DNA of 64,000 nt, taken from assembly GCA_028826165.1 (NCBI GenBank), contig JAPDFW010000076.1, positions 62,001 to 126,000 on the forward strand. Direction: 5' to 3'. Under the pieces are notes generated by a model that was not told the origin of the DNA, searched no databases, and worked only from the letters and a program-made list of their open reading frames with translations. Of this stretch, positions 34,906 to 47,619 are shown piece by piece (position 1 is the stretch's first letter; each line of letters opens with the position of its first letter). The DNA is from Anaeramoeba ignava BMAN (taxonomy: Eukaryota; Protista; Anaeramoebae). The position numbers were made by a program, and so were the translations under genes.

Positions 34906-37900
34906 TCATTTAAGAAACGAAATTAAACTTTTTGCAATTTCCAAAAGTTTTTTTGCCATTTTGTTTTGATGAGAATTTTCATCAAGTAAAGAAATTGTTC
35001 TCAAAATAAGTGAATAAATATTTTGAGTAAACAAAGACAAATTTAGGGTATTGAAATCATTATCATCTTTGAGGGTATTAAGAGGTTTTGACAAATCAAG
35101 GAAATGATAAATTTCTGTTGAAAGATCAGCAATAAATTTTTTTTTGTCTAATTCTTTAAGACTATTTATAAGTAATTTGAGTCTTTTCTTTGATATTTCC
35201 AACAGTCTTAATCCAAGTTCGTGTGTGTTTTTGATAAATTTGATTTCCTCTTCAGCTTTTAAATCTTTGTGATTTTCATACATTTTGACAATACGTTCTG
35301 TTCTAACTATATCAGGTAAAATTAGTAAATTGTTTGCAAATTTAATTGCTTCTTTTTGATCGAATTCAAACAAATTGAGAATAAAATTCATAATTGTTTG
35401 ATCCAAAGATGTATTTTTAGTGTTTTTGTTAGGAATTAAATAAAAAGCTTTGATCGAATCGAAATTGAATTGTGAAAAATGTTTTTTTGTTTTTTCATTT
35501 TGAATTTCATGAGTAACTGTTGCTATAAATTTAGTTTCTATTTTTGTATTTTGTAAATCAATAGAAGGAATTTTGTGAATAATTAATTTTGGATCAAATA
35601 GAATATTTCTCAAATTTTCAGGGAAAAGAAGAAGTGGTTGAAGGTGATTGAAAGTGTATGTTGTTCCCAATCTTAAAATTTCCAAAAGAAGTGTGAAAAT
35701 AGAAAGTAGTTGTTGTAAATTAAGTGTAATTTTTTCCTTTTCATTTGGAGTATTTTCTTGAAAGAATAGTTGGTTAAGTTGTTCAAGAATTGATTTATGA
35801 TTTGGAGTTGACAAATCTGGAGGCCAACCTTTGTAACTATCTAAATCAATATCTTTTTCTTTTTCATCAATATTTTGATTTTGATTTTGATTTTGATTTT
35901 GATTTTGATTTTGATTTTGATTTTGATTTTGATTTTGATTTTGATTTTGGTTTTGATTTTCTTTTTCATTTTCATTTTCATTTTCATTTTCTTTTTCATT
36001 TTCTTTTTCATTTTCTTTTTCATTTTCATTTTGTAAATTTTCCTCAAAATAATGAGAAATTATTGAAAGTAATCCATTCGCAAATGTTAATAATAAATCT
36101 ACTTGATTTTTTCTTAAAGAAAGTCTTTGAAAAATACTATATTCATTGGGAGAAGAACGAAAATCTTCAAATAAAACCATAAAATTAGAAATCAAAGAAG
36201 ATAAAACTTGATTCCAAATGATTGTGCAAGTTGTAAGCTTTATTTCTGGAGAGGAAATCAAATTAATTGTTTCTAAACAATGAGAAAGTATCATGTCAGT
36301 AAATGGGTAAGCTTTCCAAAAAGAAATGAGTTCAATTGCTTTGAAAGAATTTACAGTGTTACCATTTGCAAAAAAAGGAAACTTTGTGATAAATGCATTT
36401 AATGCTTTTAAATATTCTTTTGAATGAACGGAAACACTATCAATTTTTTTGTACTTTTTTTTGTTTACAAAGCTTTCAATATTTTTTGCTCGGTTTTCCA
36501 AATATTCGTTCATCAAATGAATAAAAACAACAATATCGATTTTTTCTGTTTCTGAATAATGCAAAAAAATATCACAAATGGCTATTAATCTTGACAAATT
36601 GAATTTTGGATTTGTGGATAATTGATGAACAGAAACCTTATTGTATAAAGAAGGAAATAAAGATAAATTCTGATTGATAAATAAAGCCACAGCAATCTTA
36701 TTTGTTATTGTAATCCATTTCTGAGAAATACTAGAAATAGTAGAATTAGCATCATGTTCAATATTTGATATTTTTGCATCTTCTTTTTCTGTCTTTTGTG
36801 TTTCGGTGTTGATTTCTTTATTAAGATGAAGAAGAATACGCTTCTCATCAAACACATGGAAGCACAAATATGCAAGAATAAGTGAATGCTCCACTTGGGT
36901 CGATTCCTCACAAATTTTATAGAGGTAATCACATATTTCTAAAATGTTTTTATGAACAAAAAATGCGATTTTCTGTTCATTTGGATCTGCTGATTCGTTA
37001 CTTGAAATTTTGACAATACTTTCTTGGTTACTAAAAATAAATTCAAACAAAAAATGTTCCATTTGTGTGATATTTAGTGAATCCATTCGGGACTTGAATA
37101 ATAAAGAAAGAGGTGAGGAATAAAACCATTTGGTAAATAAATCCAGGCAATCAATGGTGGATAAGTCAATAAATTGTATAAATTCTAACACAAAACTAAA
37201 GATATTTGAAGAGGAAAATAAAAGGGTATCGAAAAGAAATCTTCCACAATTTAAATAATTGAAATCGTTGCTTTCAAATGTTGAAACAAAGTTTCTATAA
37301 TTAAAGCATTTGATAAAATCCATCAAAGTAAACTTTCCAAAATCGATTCTCTGTTCTACTTTGGTTTGAATAGAATTTTGCAAATTTGAGTTGAGAGTTT
37401 TGAATAAATCCTTCGCAAAAGATTCATCCAAAAAAATTTTGGCATGTTTTTCTTTTTTCATTTCTTCGTTTTTCTGATGTTCTTTCTTCATTAAAACATA
37501 GAACTCAACAAGATTTTGTCTACGAATTAATAAAATATCTTGGGAAATGGTGTTCTTTGTGTTATTTTTTTGGATTTCAAGTCGATTTAAAGGATGAAAA
37601 TTGCGATGAAATTTGTATTTTTGTGGAGATGTTATCTGACGAATATTTGTGTTTGCAAAAGTAAATGTTTTATGAACACCAACAATATTCCCAACTAACA
37701 ATTTAATCCCATTTAATAATTGAGTTTCAGTAAGTATTTGTGAATTGTATTTTTTTTCAATGAAATTTAAAGCTTTGTTCGCATAAAATGATGTGTTAAA
37801 ATTTTTTAAAATGATAAATAATTGATTTTGCTGATTTTGATCATCTTTATATTTGGTGAAAAATTGCTTCAATTCAGAGAAGCTTGATTCATCTCTTGAT

Positions 37901-39934
37901 TCTTGGAAAGATTTTTGGGTTCTTGACTGCTTTTTCTTATTTGAAGGAGAAATGTATTCGAGATGATAAACATTCCCGTTGGAATCCAAGAAAAAAATTG
38001 TTGAATCGGTTTGCGGAAGATACAAATTTTGGATAGTTTCATAATTTAGATTCAAATTTGGATTTTTATTTTTAGGATTTTCAATGGCGATTGTATACCC
38101 AAATTTATTGTTTTGAGGAGATTTTGGTTTCTCGTCATTTGAGTTATCAATTTCAATTGAACTTTGAGTTGTACTAAAACTTGAAAAGGATTCTGAGTTT
38201 GTTTCTGAGTTTGTTTCTGAGTTTGTTTGATTTTCAGATTCGAGTTCATTTTCAGATTCATTTTCAAATTCATTTTCATCTTCCAATTCAGATTCAAAGT
38301 TTATCATGAAATTCTCACAAATAATGTATCCATCAGATGATTTTAAAGCAAACATTTGTTCTCCATATTTGATAGTTTGAATTTCTTCCAAAATATCAAG
38401 ATCCCAAATGTGGATGATGTTTTGCGTTTCTGAATAAATTGAGAGATATTTGTTGCATAATATGTCTGGTTTTTTGGGAACATTATGCGATGGTTTAACA
38501 AACATGGATTTAGATAAAGAAACATTTTTTGGAGATTTATTATTTTCTGCTAAGAAATCCTTTGTCTTGCATTTAATCCAAGATATTTGAGGATTTTTAT
38601 GGCCTGATAAAACTTTTATTACTTTTAAATTTTCAGAATCAATTATTAATACTCTTCCAAGTGAGTCTGAAACAACAACAATTTTTTTGAGAGAATCAAC
38701 TAAAATTTGATTTCCAAATTGGTGTGTGTTTTTTTGTAGATAAATTTGCAATTCTTTGATTTTTTTTGTGAATAAATTTTTTCTGTGAGCTTTTTGTTTT
38801 ATATTATTCTTATTCTTATTCTTATTATTATTATTTTCTTGTGGTTTAGATATAAAAATGCTTGAAAATAAATCAACCATATTATTTTTGATGTTTCCAA
38901 ATGCATTCATTGTGGAGTCTAAAAGGGAATTTTTTGAATTTTCATTTTCATTTTCATTTTCATTTTCATTTTCATTTTCATTTTGATTTTGATTTTGATT
39001 TTGATTTTTTTTAACTAGTGAACAAATTGTAGGATCTTTCCCAACAGAATAAAATGAATGCATGCTACTTTTATTTTGAAAACGAGACAGATAATCAAAA
39101 TCAGAAATTTGTTTTTGATCAAAAAAGGAATAAATTTTTGAATTTTGCCAAAAATTTATATTATTATTAATATTATTATTTTGAAGAATATATTCAATTA
39201 AATCATCAGTATTTATTAAAACGAAAGTATTTTTGGATAAAATGAGTAATTCTGTAATTTTTTGTTGATTTTTGATATTTAAGGAAGTTTTTGCCTTGAT
39301 TTTTTGAATTGGATCAGCAAGTATTTTGATTTTGGAAAGAAATTTTCCGTTCTAAAAAAAGATTTTTTTTTTTACTCATTTTAAAAAAAAAAAATGAAAA
39401 ATTTTTTAAAATAAATATTACTTGATCATATATATTCAAAATTCCTGATTCAAAAGAGACAATTATAAGAGAAGATATTTGGAGATTTTGTTTGGAGAAT
39501 ATATCAACACAAACAATATCTGTGGGAACCTCATTCATTTGCATGTGATTTTCTTGTCCAATAATGATGCCTTGGGATTTATTTTTTAAAGGAATTAAAA
39601 AAAGTCGAGTGTCTTTTGCAATTGCAAGAAATTCTCCTCTTTGATTAAGTGCAATTTTACATAATTCAAAAGGAAAAGTTGTATCTAGTTTATTTAGTGA
39701 AGATATTTGTGTGGTTGAATCTGATTCGGAATCTGTTAAAACTTCAAAATTTTCATTTTCTGAATTTTCCGAATTTTCTTTTGATTCATTTTTTATATTT
39801 GTTTCTTTTTCTGTAAATTGAGATTGAAAACTATAAATTTTAGAATGTGGATTTTGTTCGTTATCGAAAAATATTAAAGGTAGTAATGTTCGGAAATTAA
39901 TATTTGCAATTTTAGAAAGTTGAAATTGAGACAT
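34906..39934 (-). CDS. RAB3GAP2: Rab3GAP non-catalytic subunit (RAB3GAP2)-like; exons 39934-39422, 39351-34906
   Basis: DSLGRVLIID...IKVLSGHKNPQISWI resembles the Rab3GAP2 N-terminal propeller motif. A phase-0 intron joins the two ORFs; helical C-terminus. Confidence 0.75.
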
Positions 39935-40035
39935 TTTTTATTCAAAAAAAAAAATTTGAAAAGAAAAGAAAAAAAATGAAAAAAAAAATAATTTTCAAAA
40001 TTTTCATTTTTTTCATTTTTGTTTTTTTAAAATAA

Positions 40036-43000
40036 ATGTCTTCATCAAATCTTACAATATTTCTTGTTCCAATTTGTCTTTATTCTTTACTTTTAATTAT
40101 GGTTATAGTAAAAAAATTATTTATAAACTGTAAAAAAAAAAAGAAAGCAAAATTACCAAAAAACCAAAAAAAATATTTTCAAAATAGATTCAAATGGTTC
40201 GGTTATTTAAAAATAAAGCCGAACAAAATCTTTATCTTGTTCAATTTAGAACGCATTCCTTATTAATTGTATTTCTTTTAGGTTTATTTTAAAAATCAAA
40301 AAAAAAAAATTCAATCAAAAGAAAATTATTTGAAAGAAAATTATTTAAAAGAAATTTAATCAAAAAAAAATTAATGAAAAGAAAATTATTGAAAAGAAAA
40401 TTATTGAAAAGAAATTTAATCAAAAAAAAATTAATGAAAAGAAAATTATTGAAAAGAAAATTATTTAAAAGAAAATTATTCAAAAGAAAATTATTCAAAA
40501 GAAAATTATTGAAAAGAAATTTAATCAAAAGAAAATTATTGAAAAGAAAATTATTGAAAAGAAAATTATTGAAAAGAAAATTATTGAAAAGAAAATTATT
40601 CAAAAGAAAATTATTTGAAAGAAAATTATTGAAAAGAAAATTATTTAAAAGAAAATTATTGAAAAGAAAATTATTTAAAAGAAAATTATTCAAAAGAAAA
40701 TTAATGAAAAGAAAATTATTGAAAAGAAAATTATTCAAAAGAAAATTATTCAAAAGAAAATTAATGAAAAAAAATTAATGAAAAGAAAATTAATCAAAAG
40801 AAAATTATTCAAAAGAAAATTATTGAAAAGAAAATTAATCAAAAGAAAATTATTGAAAAGAAAATTATTGAAAAGAAAATTATTGAAAAGAAAATTATTG
40901 AAAAGAAAATTATTCAAAAGAAAATTATTTGAAAGAAAATTATTGAAAAGAAAATTATTTAAAAGAAAATTATTGAAAAGAAAATTATTTAAAAGAAAAT
41001 TATTCAAAAGAAAATTATTCAAAAGAAAATTATTGAAAAGAAAATTATTTAAAAGAAAATTATTTAAAAGAAAATTATACAAAAGAAATTTATTGAAAAG
41101 AAAATTAATGAAAAGAAAATTATACAAAAGAAATTTATTGAAAAGAAAATTATTTAAAAGAAAATTATTGAAAAGAAAATTAATTAAAAGAAAATTATTT
41201 AAAAGAAAATTATTTAAAAGAAAATTATTGAAAAGAAAGTTATTCAAAAGAAAATTATTGAAAAGAAAATTATTGAAAAGAAAATTATTGAAAAGAAAAT
41301 TAATTAAAAGAAAATTATTTAAAAGAAATTTAATCAAAAGAAAATTAATGAAAAGAAAATTATTTAAAAGAAAATTATTCAAAAGAAAATTATTGAAAAG
41401 AAATTTAATCAAAAGAAAATTGAAAAATTCGTTTTTTTTCTTTTTCGAAATTTAATAATAATAATTATAATTATAATAATTATAATTAAATAGCAAGATT
41501 ATTAACACTTACACTTGAATTTCAAAATTCAACATCATTGGTTTGGTTATTTGTTATTAAAAGAATTGCCTATCTTGTTTTCTTTACTTCATTTACATTA
41601 TTACTTTATTTTTGGTAATAAAATTAAAATTAAAAATTAAATTTAAAATTAAAATTAAAATTAAAATTAAAATTAAAATTAAAATTAGGGTTAAAATTTC
41701 TCATTCTTTTCAAAGAAATCGAAGAAATAGACAAACAGCAAAAATTCCTTTTATTATTATAAATGTTGTTCTTTATGGATTTTCTTTAATTTGTGTTATG
41801 ATATTTGGATTATCTTTGGAAACAGTTTCATATAATAATAGTTTTTATAAAGCAAATGTTTTAATTATTGCTGCTGCTTTTTTTCTTCAATCTATTGGAT
41901 TTGTTGCTTATGGAATTATTCTCTTTCGAAAATTCAAAGTATTTTTTGTTTGTTTGTTTGTGTGTGAATTATATTTTAATCAGGATCAGAAACAAAATCA
42001 AATAAAAAATGATTTCTTTTTAATTTAGAAAATGTCTGGATTATTTCCTGATAGAAAGACTTTTTTAGCTAAAATTACTTTTGTTTCTCTTTTAATATCT
42101 TTATGCTTTTTAGTTCGATTTGTTGTTCTTCTTTATTATCCAATTACTGCAAGATTTCTTAATTCTTGGGTAAATGAAAATTAATGAAAATGAAATTAAA
42201 ATGAAATGAAAATGAAAATGAAAATGAAAATGAAAATGAAAATGAAAATGAAATGAAAATGAAATTCAATTCAATTCAATTCAATTCTAAATTCAATTCA
42301 ATTCAATTCAATTCAATTCTAAATTCAATTCTAAATTCAATTCTAAATTTAATTCAATTCAATTCAATTCAATTCAATTCTTAATTCAATTCTAAATTCA
42401 ATTCAATTTAATTCAATTCTAAATTCAATTCAATTCAATTCAATTCAATTCTAAATTCAATTCAATTCTAAATTCAATTCAATTCAATTCAATTCTAAAT
42501 TCAATTCAATTTAATTCTAAATTCAATTCAATTCAATTCAATTCTAAATTCAATTCAATTCTAAATTTAATTCAATTCAATTCTAAATTCAATTCAATTT
42601 AATTCTAAATTCAATTCAATTCAATTCTAAATTTAATTCAATTCTAAATTCAATTAAATTTAATTCAATTCAATTCAATTCAATTCTAAATTCAATTCTA
42701 AATTTCTAAATTCAATTATAAATTCAAATTCCAATTCTAAAATTCTAAATTCCAATTCAATTTCTCAAATTCAATTTCATTCAAATTTCAATTTCAAAAT
42801 TAAATTCAAATTCCAATTTCTAATTTAAATTCTAAATTCAAATCTAAATTCAATTAAATTTCAATTTTAAATTTCAATTCCAAATTAATTCCACAAATTA
42901 AATTAAATTCAATTTCAATTCTAAAATAATTCAATTTTAAATTTAATTTAAATTCCAATTTAAATTTCAATTTCAATTTTTAAATTCAATTCAATTTCAA

Positions 43001-44631
43001 ATTCAATTCTAAATTCAATTTCTAAATTCAATTAAATTCTAAATTAAATTTCTAAATTCAATTTTCTAAATTCAATTCAAATTCTAAATTCCAATTTCAA
43101 TTAATTTCTAAATTCAATTCAAAATTCAATTCTAAATTCAATTTAAATTCAATTCAATTTAATTCAAAATTCAATTCAATTCAATTTCTAAATTCAATTT
43201 CTAAATTCAATTTAAATTAATTTCAATTTTAAAATTCAATTCTAAATTCAATTTAAATTCAATTTCTAATTTCGATTAAATTCAATTCTAAATTCAATTT
43301 TCAAATTCAATTCAATTTAAATTCTAAATTCAATTTAATTTAAATTTAATTTAAATTCAAAATTCAATTTAATTCAATTTAAATTCAATTCAATTCAATT
43401 TCTAAATTCAATTCCAATTCGATTCAAATTCAAATTAATTCAATTCCAATTACCAATTCAATTTAATTCAATTTAAATTTTAATTCCAATTTTAATTTCA
43501 TTTTAAATTCAATTCAATTCTAAATTCAATTCAATTCCAATTTAATTCAATTTAATTCAATTCAATTCAATTCCAATTAAATTTCAATTAAAATTCCAAT
43601 TCAATTCAATTCAATTCCAATTCCAATTTAATTTCAATTCAAATTCAATTCAAATTCAATTCAATTCAATTCCAATTTCAAAAATTTAATTCAATTCAAT
43701 TCAATTCAATTTAAATTTAATTTTAAATTCAATTTCAATTCAATTCAATTCAATTCTAAATTCAATTTAATTCAATTCTAAATTTAATTCAATTCCATTC
43801 AATTCCAATTCAATTTCAATTTCAATTCCAAATTTAATTCTAAATTAAATTCAATTCAATTCAAAATTTCAATTCAATTTTAATTTCAATTCAATTCAAT
43901 TTATTTCAATTCAATTTAAATTTATTCAATTCAATTCCAATTAAATTTAATTCAATTCAATTTCAATTCAATTTCCAATTCGATTCAATTCCAATTCCAA
44001 ATTCAATTCAATTCAATTTAATTCAATTCAATTTAATTCAATTCAATTCAATTCAATTCAATTCTAAATTTAATTCAATTCAATTCAATTCAATTCAATT
44101 CAATTCAATTCAATTCAATTCAATTCAATTCAATTCTAAATTCAATTCAATTCAATTCTAAATTCAATTTAATTTAATTCAATTTAATTCAATTCTAAAT
44201 TTAATTCTAAATTCAATTCAATTCTAAATTCTATTTAATTCAATTCTAAATTTAATTCAATTCTAAATTCAATTCTGAATTCAATTCTAAATTCAATTCT
44301 GAATTCAATTCAATTCTAAATTCAATTCAATTCAATTCAATTCTAAATTTAAAAAAGCTTTTCTTGATTTCGGCTTATTTGATTCCTGAAATAATTCCAA
44401 CACTTGTTCAATTAATTGTTTTAAGACCAAGAATTATTACAGAAATGGGAGAATCAGAAACTCATTTAATTTCTGATGAAGTAAAATAATAAAATTCTTT
44501 TATTTTTGTTTTTATTGTTTTATTAATTTATATTTTAACTTTTTTATTTAAAACAAAAATTAAAACAATAATAAAAATAATAATAATAGAAAGAACAATC
44601 TACATTATATGTTACTGAAAATACAGATTAA
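40036..44631 (+). CDS. Seven-TM THH1/TOM1/GPR137-like membrane protein; exons 40036-40101, 40188-40281, 41494-41614, 41689-41938, 42029-42169, 44358-44480 and probably 44590-44631
   Basis: The spliced product has seven hydrophobic segments with FFTSFTLLLYFW, GFVAYGIILF, CFLVRF and YLIPEIIP, typical of this family. Without the last intron it ends at 44489. Confidence 0.82.
40308..41422 (+). repeat. 15-bp satellite AAAAGAAAATTATT(G/C/T), about 74 copies, inside intron 2 of the 7TM gene
   Basis: Direct reading of the sequence; generates spurious KRKLL/NNFLL ORFs. Confidence 0.93.
42175..44350 (+). repeat. (AAAATG)n followed by (AATTC)n/(AATTCTA) satellite filling intron 5 of the 7TM gene
   Basis: Direct reading of the sequence. 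Confidence 0.92.
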
Positions 44632-45426
44632 AAAATTAATTTAAAAAATTAATTTAAAAAAAATAAAAAAAATAAAATTTCATTTTACAATTTTTTTATT
44701 TTATAATTTATTTAAAAAAATGATCAAATTAAATTAAAAATTAAATTAAAAATTAAATTAAAAATTAAATTAAAAATTAAATTAAAAAATTAAATTAAAA
44801 TTTAAATTAAAAATTAAATTAAAAATTAAATTAAAATTAAATAAAAATTAAATTAAAAATTAAATTAAAAATTAAATTAAAAATTAAATTAAAAATTTTT
44901 GAGTTTATTTCTTTTGGTTTTATAAGGAAAAAAATAAAAAAAAAATATTCAACAAGCAAATTTAACTGTAAAAAAAATAAATTAAATGATCAATTAAAAA
45001 TTTTTTTATTTTGATCGTTAAAAAAATTAATTAAAAATTTAAATAAAAAAATTAAATAAAAATAAAGAAAAAAAAAAAAATTTTTTTTTATTCTTGCCCC
45101 CTTAAAATAAAAGAAAAAAAAAATTAAAAAAAATAAAAAAAACATTTTTTTTTTTCCTTTTTTTTTTGTTTTATTATTATTATTATTATTAAATTCTTTC
45201 TCTAATTCTTTTCCTTTGACAAATTACAAATTAATTTATAAAGAAAAAAAAAGAAAAAAAAAAAGAAAAAAATATTTATATTAAAAACTTTTTTTTTTAT
45301 AAATAAATAATTATAGATAATAAATAATCTAAATAATATCTTTGTTATTTTAAACAAAATAAATAAAAATAAATTTATAAATATAAATAAAAATAATTTA
45401 TTCTCAACAAATACATTCTTTTAAAA

Positions 45427-47385
45427 ATGGAACAAAACTTAAATGTGTTAGTGTTTCTTTTTTTCTTTCTTCTTCTTTTTTTTTTGATTAATTTTTTTTG
45501 ATTAATTTTTTTTTTAATTCAATTTTATTGATTAATTTAATTTGTTATTGATTAATTTAAATTAAAATTTAAATTAAATTAATAAATTGAATTTATATTA
45601 AAATTATGAATAAAAATTTTTGTTAAATTGAATTTTTAAATCGAATTTTTAATTTTATAAAAAAATAGTGATTTAGATTTAAATTTAGATCTAGATTTAG
45701 ATTTAAAATCAAAAGAAGATCCGATACTTTCTCAAAGATTGAAAAGATTGACATCAAGAGATTTATCGGGTTTTAATATTCTCGGAACAATTGGAGACGG
45801 TTCTTATGGAAAAGTCTTCCAAGCCCAAGACAAAGTAACACAAGAACTTGTAGCATTAAAAAAACTAAAGTGTGATTTTTCGAAGGAATTACAAGGATTC
45901 CCGATCACAGCAATACGGGAAATCAAGCTATTAAAAAGAATGGATCACCCGAACATTTTAAAACTTGACGAGGTTGTGACATCAAACAACAGAAAGGATT
46001 TATATTCAGTTGATATTGAAATATATATGGTTTTCCGATATATTGAGTATGATCTCGCAGGACTTATGTATACACCGCAATTGCCAGCATTATCACTACC
46101 ACAAGTGAAGCATTTCTTTCAGCAGCTGCTTGAGGCGCTGTTCTACTGTCATAATAACTCAGTTTATCACCGCGATGTCAAGCCAGCAAATCTACTTATC
46201 AACCGAAAGGGAGATCTTATGCTTGCTGATTTCGGACTTGCAAAATCTTTCCATCACAAAAACAACACATATTCCACTTTTGTGGTGACCCAATGGTATC
46301 GTGCTCCTGAATTGCTGTTGGGAGCCAAGCAATACTCGTCCGCAATTGACATGTGGTCTGCTGGATGCATTCTTGCTGAGATGTTTCTTAGACGTCCGTT
46401 GTTTTCTGGTGACGATTCTGCTCAGCAGATCGATCTTATTTTTCGACTTTGTGGAACCCCAGAAAATAACGCATGGCAAGAGGCTCAATCCTTCCCGTTT
46501 CTCGAGAAATACAAGCCAGTCCATTCGTATCAACGAGTGCTCCGTCAGAAATTCGCGTTTCTCGACAAGGACTCTGTGGATCTTCTGGATCGTTTGCTGA
46601 CCCTTGATCCGAAAAAAAGAATAACCGCCGAACAGGCTTTGGATCATAATTTTTTCTGGAACGGCGATGTTCCTGATCCTGAAACTCATAAATTCGCCCA
46701 TCTGCCTTCTTTCCATGAGTATGATTTCAAGATGCATTCTAAAATATCGCATCCCGATGCCTCTTTGCGAGAGCGACAATCGCAATCCCGCAAAGTGGAG
46801 AATCACAAAATCAACCCCAACCAATTGGACAACCGCAGATCGGCGCAGCAAGGTTATCAGAATCAGGTCGTCCAAAAAACACAGCAATTCCAGCGATCGC
46901 ATATGGTTGCTGTTAAAAAGAATATTTTGAGCCACTCGGAATCAATCACTGATTTCCGCTCAAAAATTTCAACTACAAAAAGCCAGTCCGCTCCAACACT
47001 GGCATACATTGCAAACGAGGAAAGAAATTACGAGCAAAAACAATGGGACAAATCAAAAGGCATCTCAAGCACTCGATATTCTTCTCTCGATTCTCGATTC
47101 CAGTCAACAAACCAGATGCTTGTCAAAATGTATTCCAATCAACACCAAAAATACCATTCACAACAACAACAACAACGTTATCAAGAACGCAAAATCACCC
47201 AACAATACTATCCTAATCAAAATAAAAATCAACAAAATGAAACCCCACTTACAAATGCTCAAATGCAAGATGCAAGTCAAAAAATCAGTTCAATTTCAAT
47301 ATCAAGAAAACACCATTTGAGCACAACTATTGTTGATTCAACAAATAACAAATCTCATCCTAAAAAACACCAAATGGTGTATTAG
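45427..47385 (+). CDS. Transcriptional CDK of the CDK9/CDKC/CDK12 group (PITAIRE); exons 45427-45446, 45669-47385
   Basis: GDGSYG, VALKK, GFPITAIREIK, HRDVKPAN, DFGLAK, WYRAPE and a Gln-rich tail. An upstream ATG exon splices in frame (GTTAGT...TAG). Confidence 0.93.
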
Positions 47386-47619
47386 ATTTTTCATTTATAG
47401 ATAAAAAAAAAATATTTTTTTTACTTTGTAAAATCCTTCTTTTGATTTTCCCATTTCATTTCATTTCATTTCATTTCATTTCAAAACTTCTTTCTTTCTT
47501 TCTTTCTTTTACTTTCTTTCTTTCTATTTTGTTTTTTTTGTTTTTTTTGTTGAATAAAAAAAAATTAAATTGAAATTGAAATTTAAATTATTTTTATTTT
47601 TGGAAATGATTTATTAATT

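Noticed and set aside
40289-41455. Long ORFs on both strands (KRKLL... and NNFLL... repeats)
   Set aside because: They are by-products of a stop-free 15-bp satellite lying inside a phase-consistent intron of the 7TM gene.
42260-44350. Interstitial telomeric repeat
   Set aside because: (AATTC)n lacks a G/C-run telomere-like unit and lies within an intron.
46192-46935. 247-aa antisense ORF over the CDK
   Set aside because: Shadow ORF in a locally GC-richer coding region, with no recognisable motifs.
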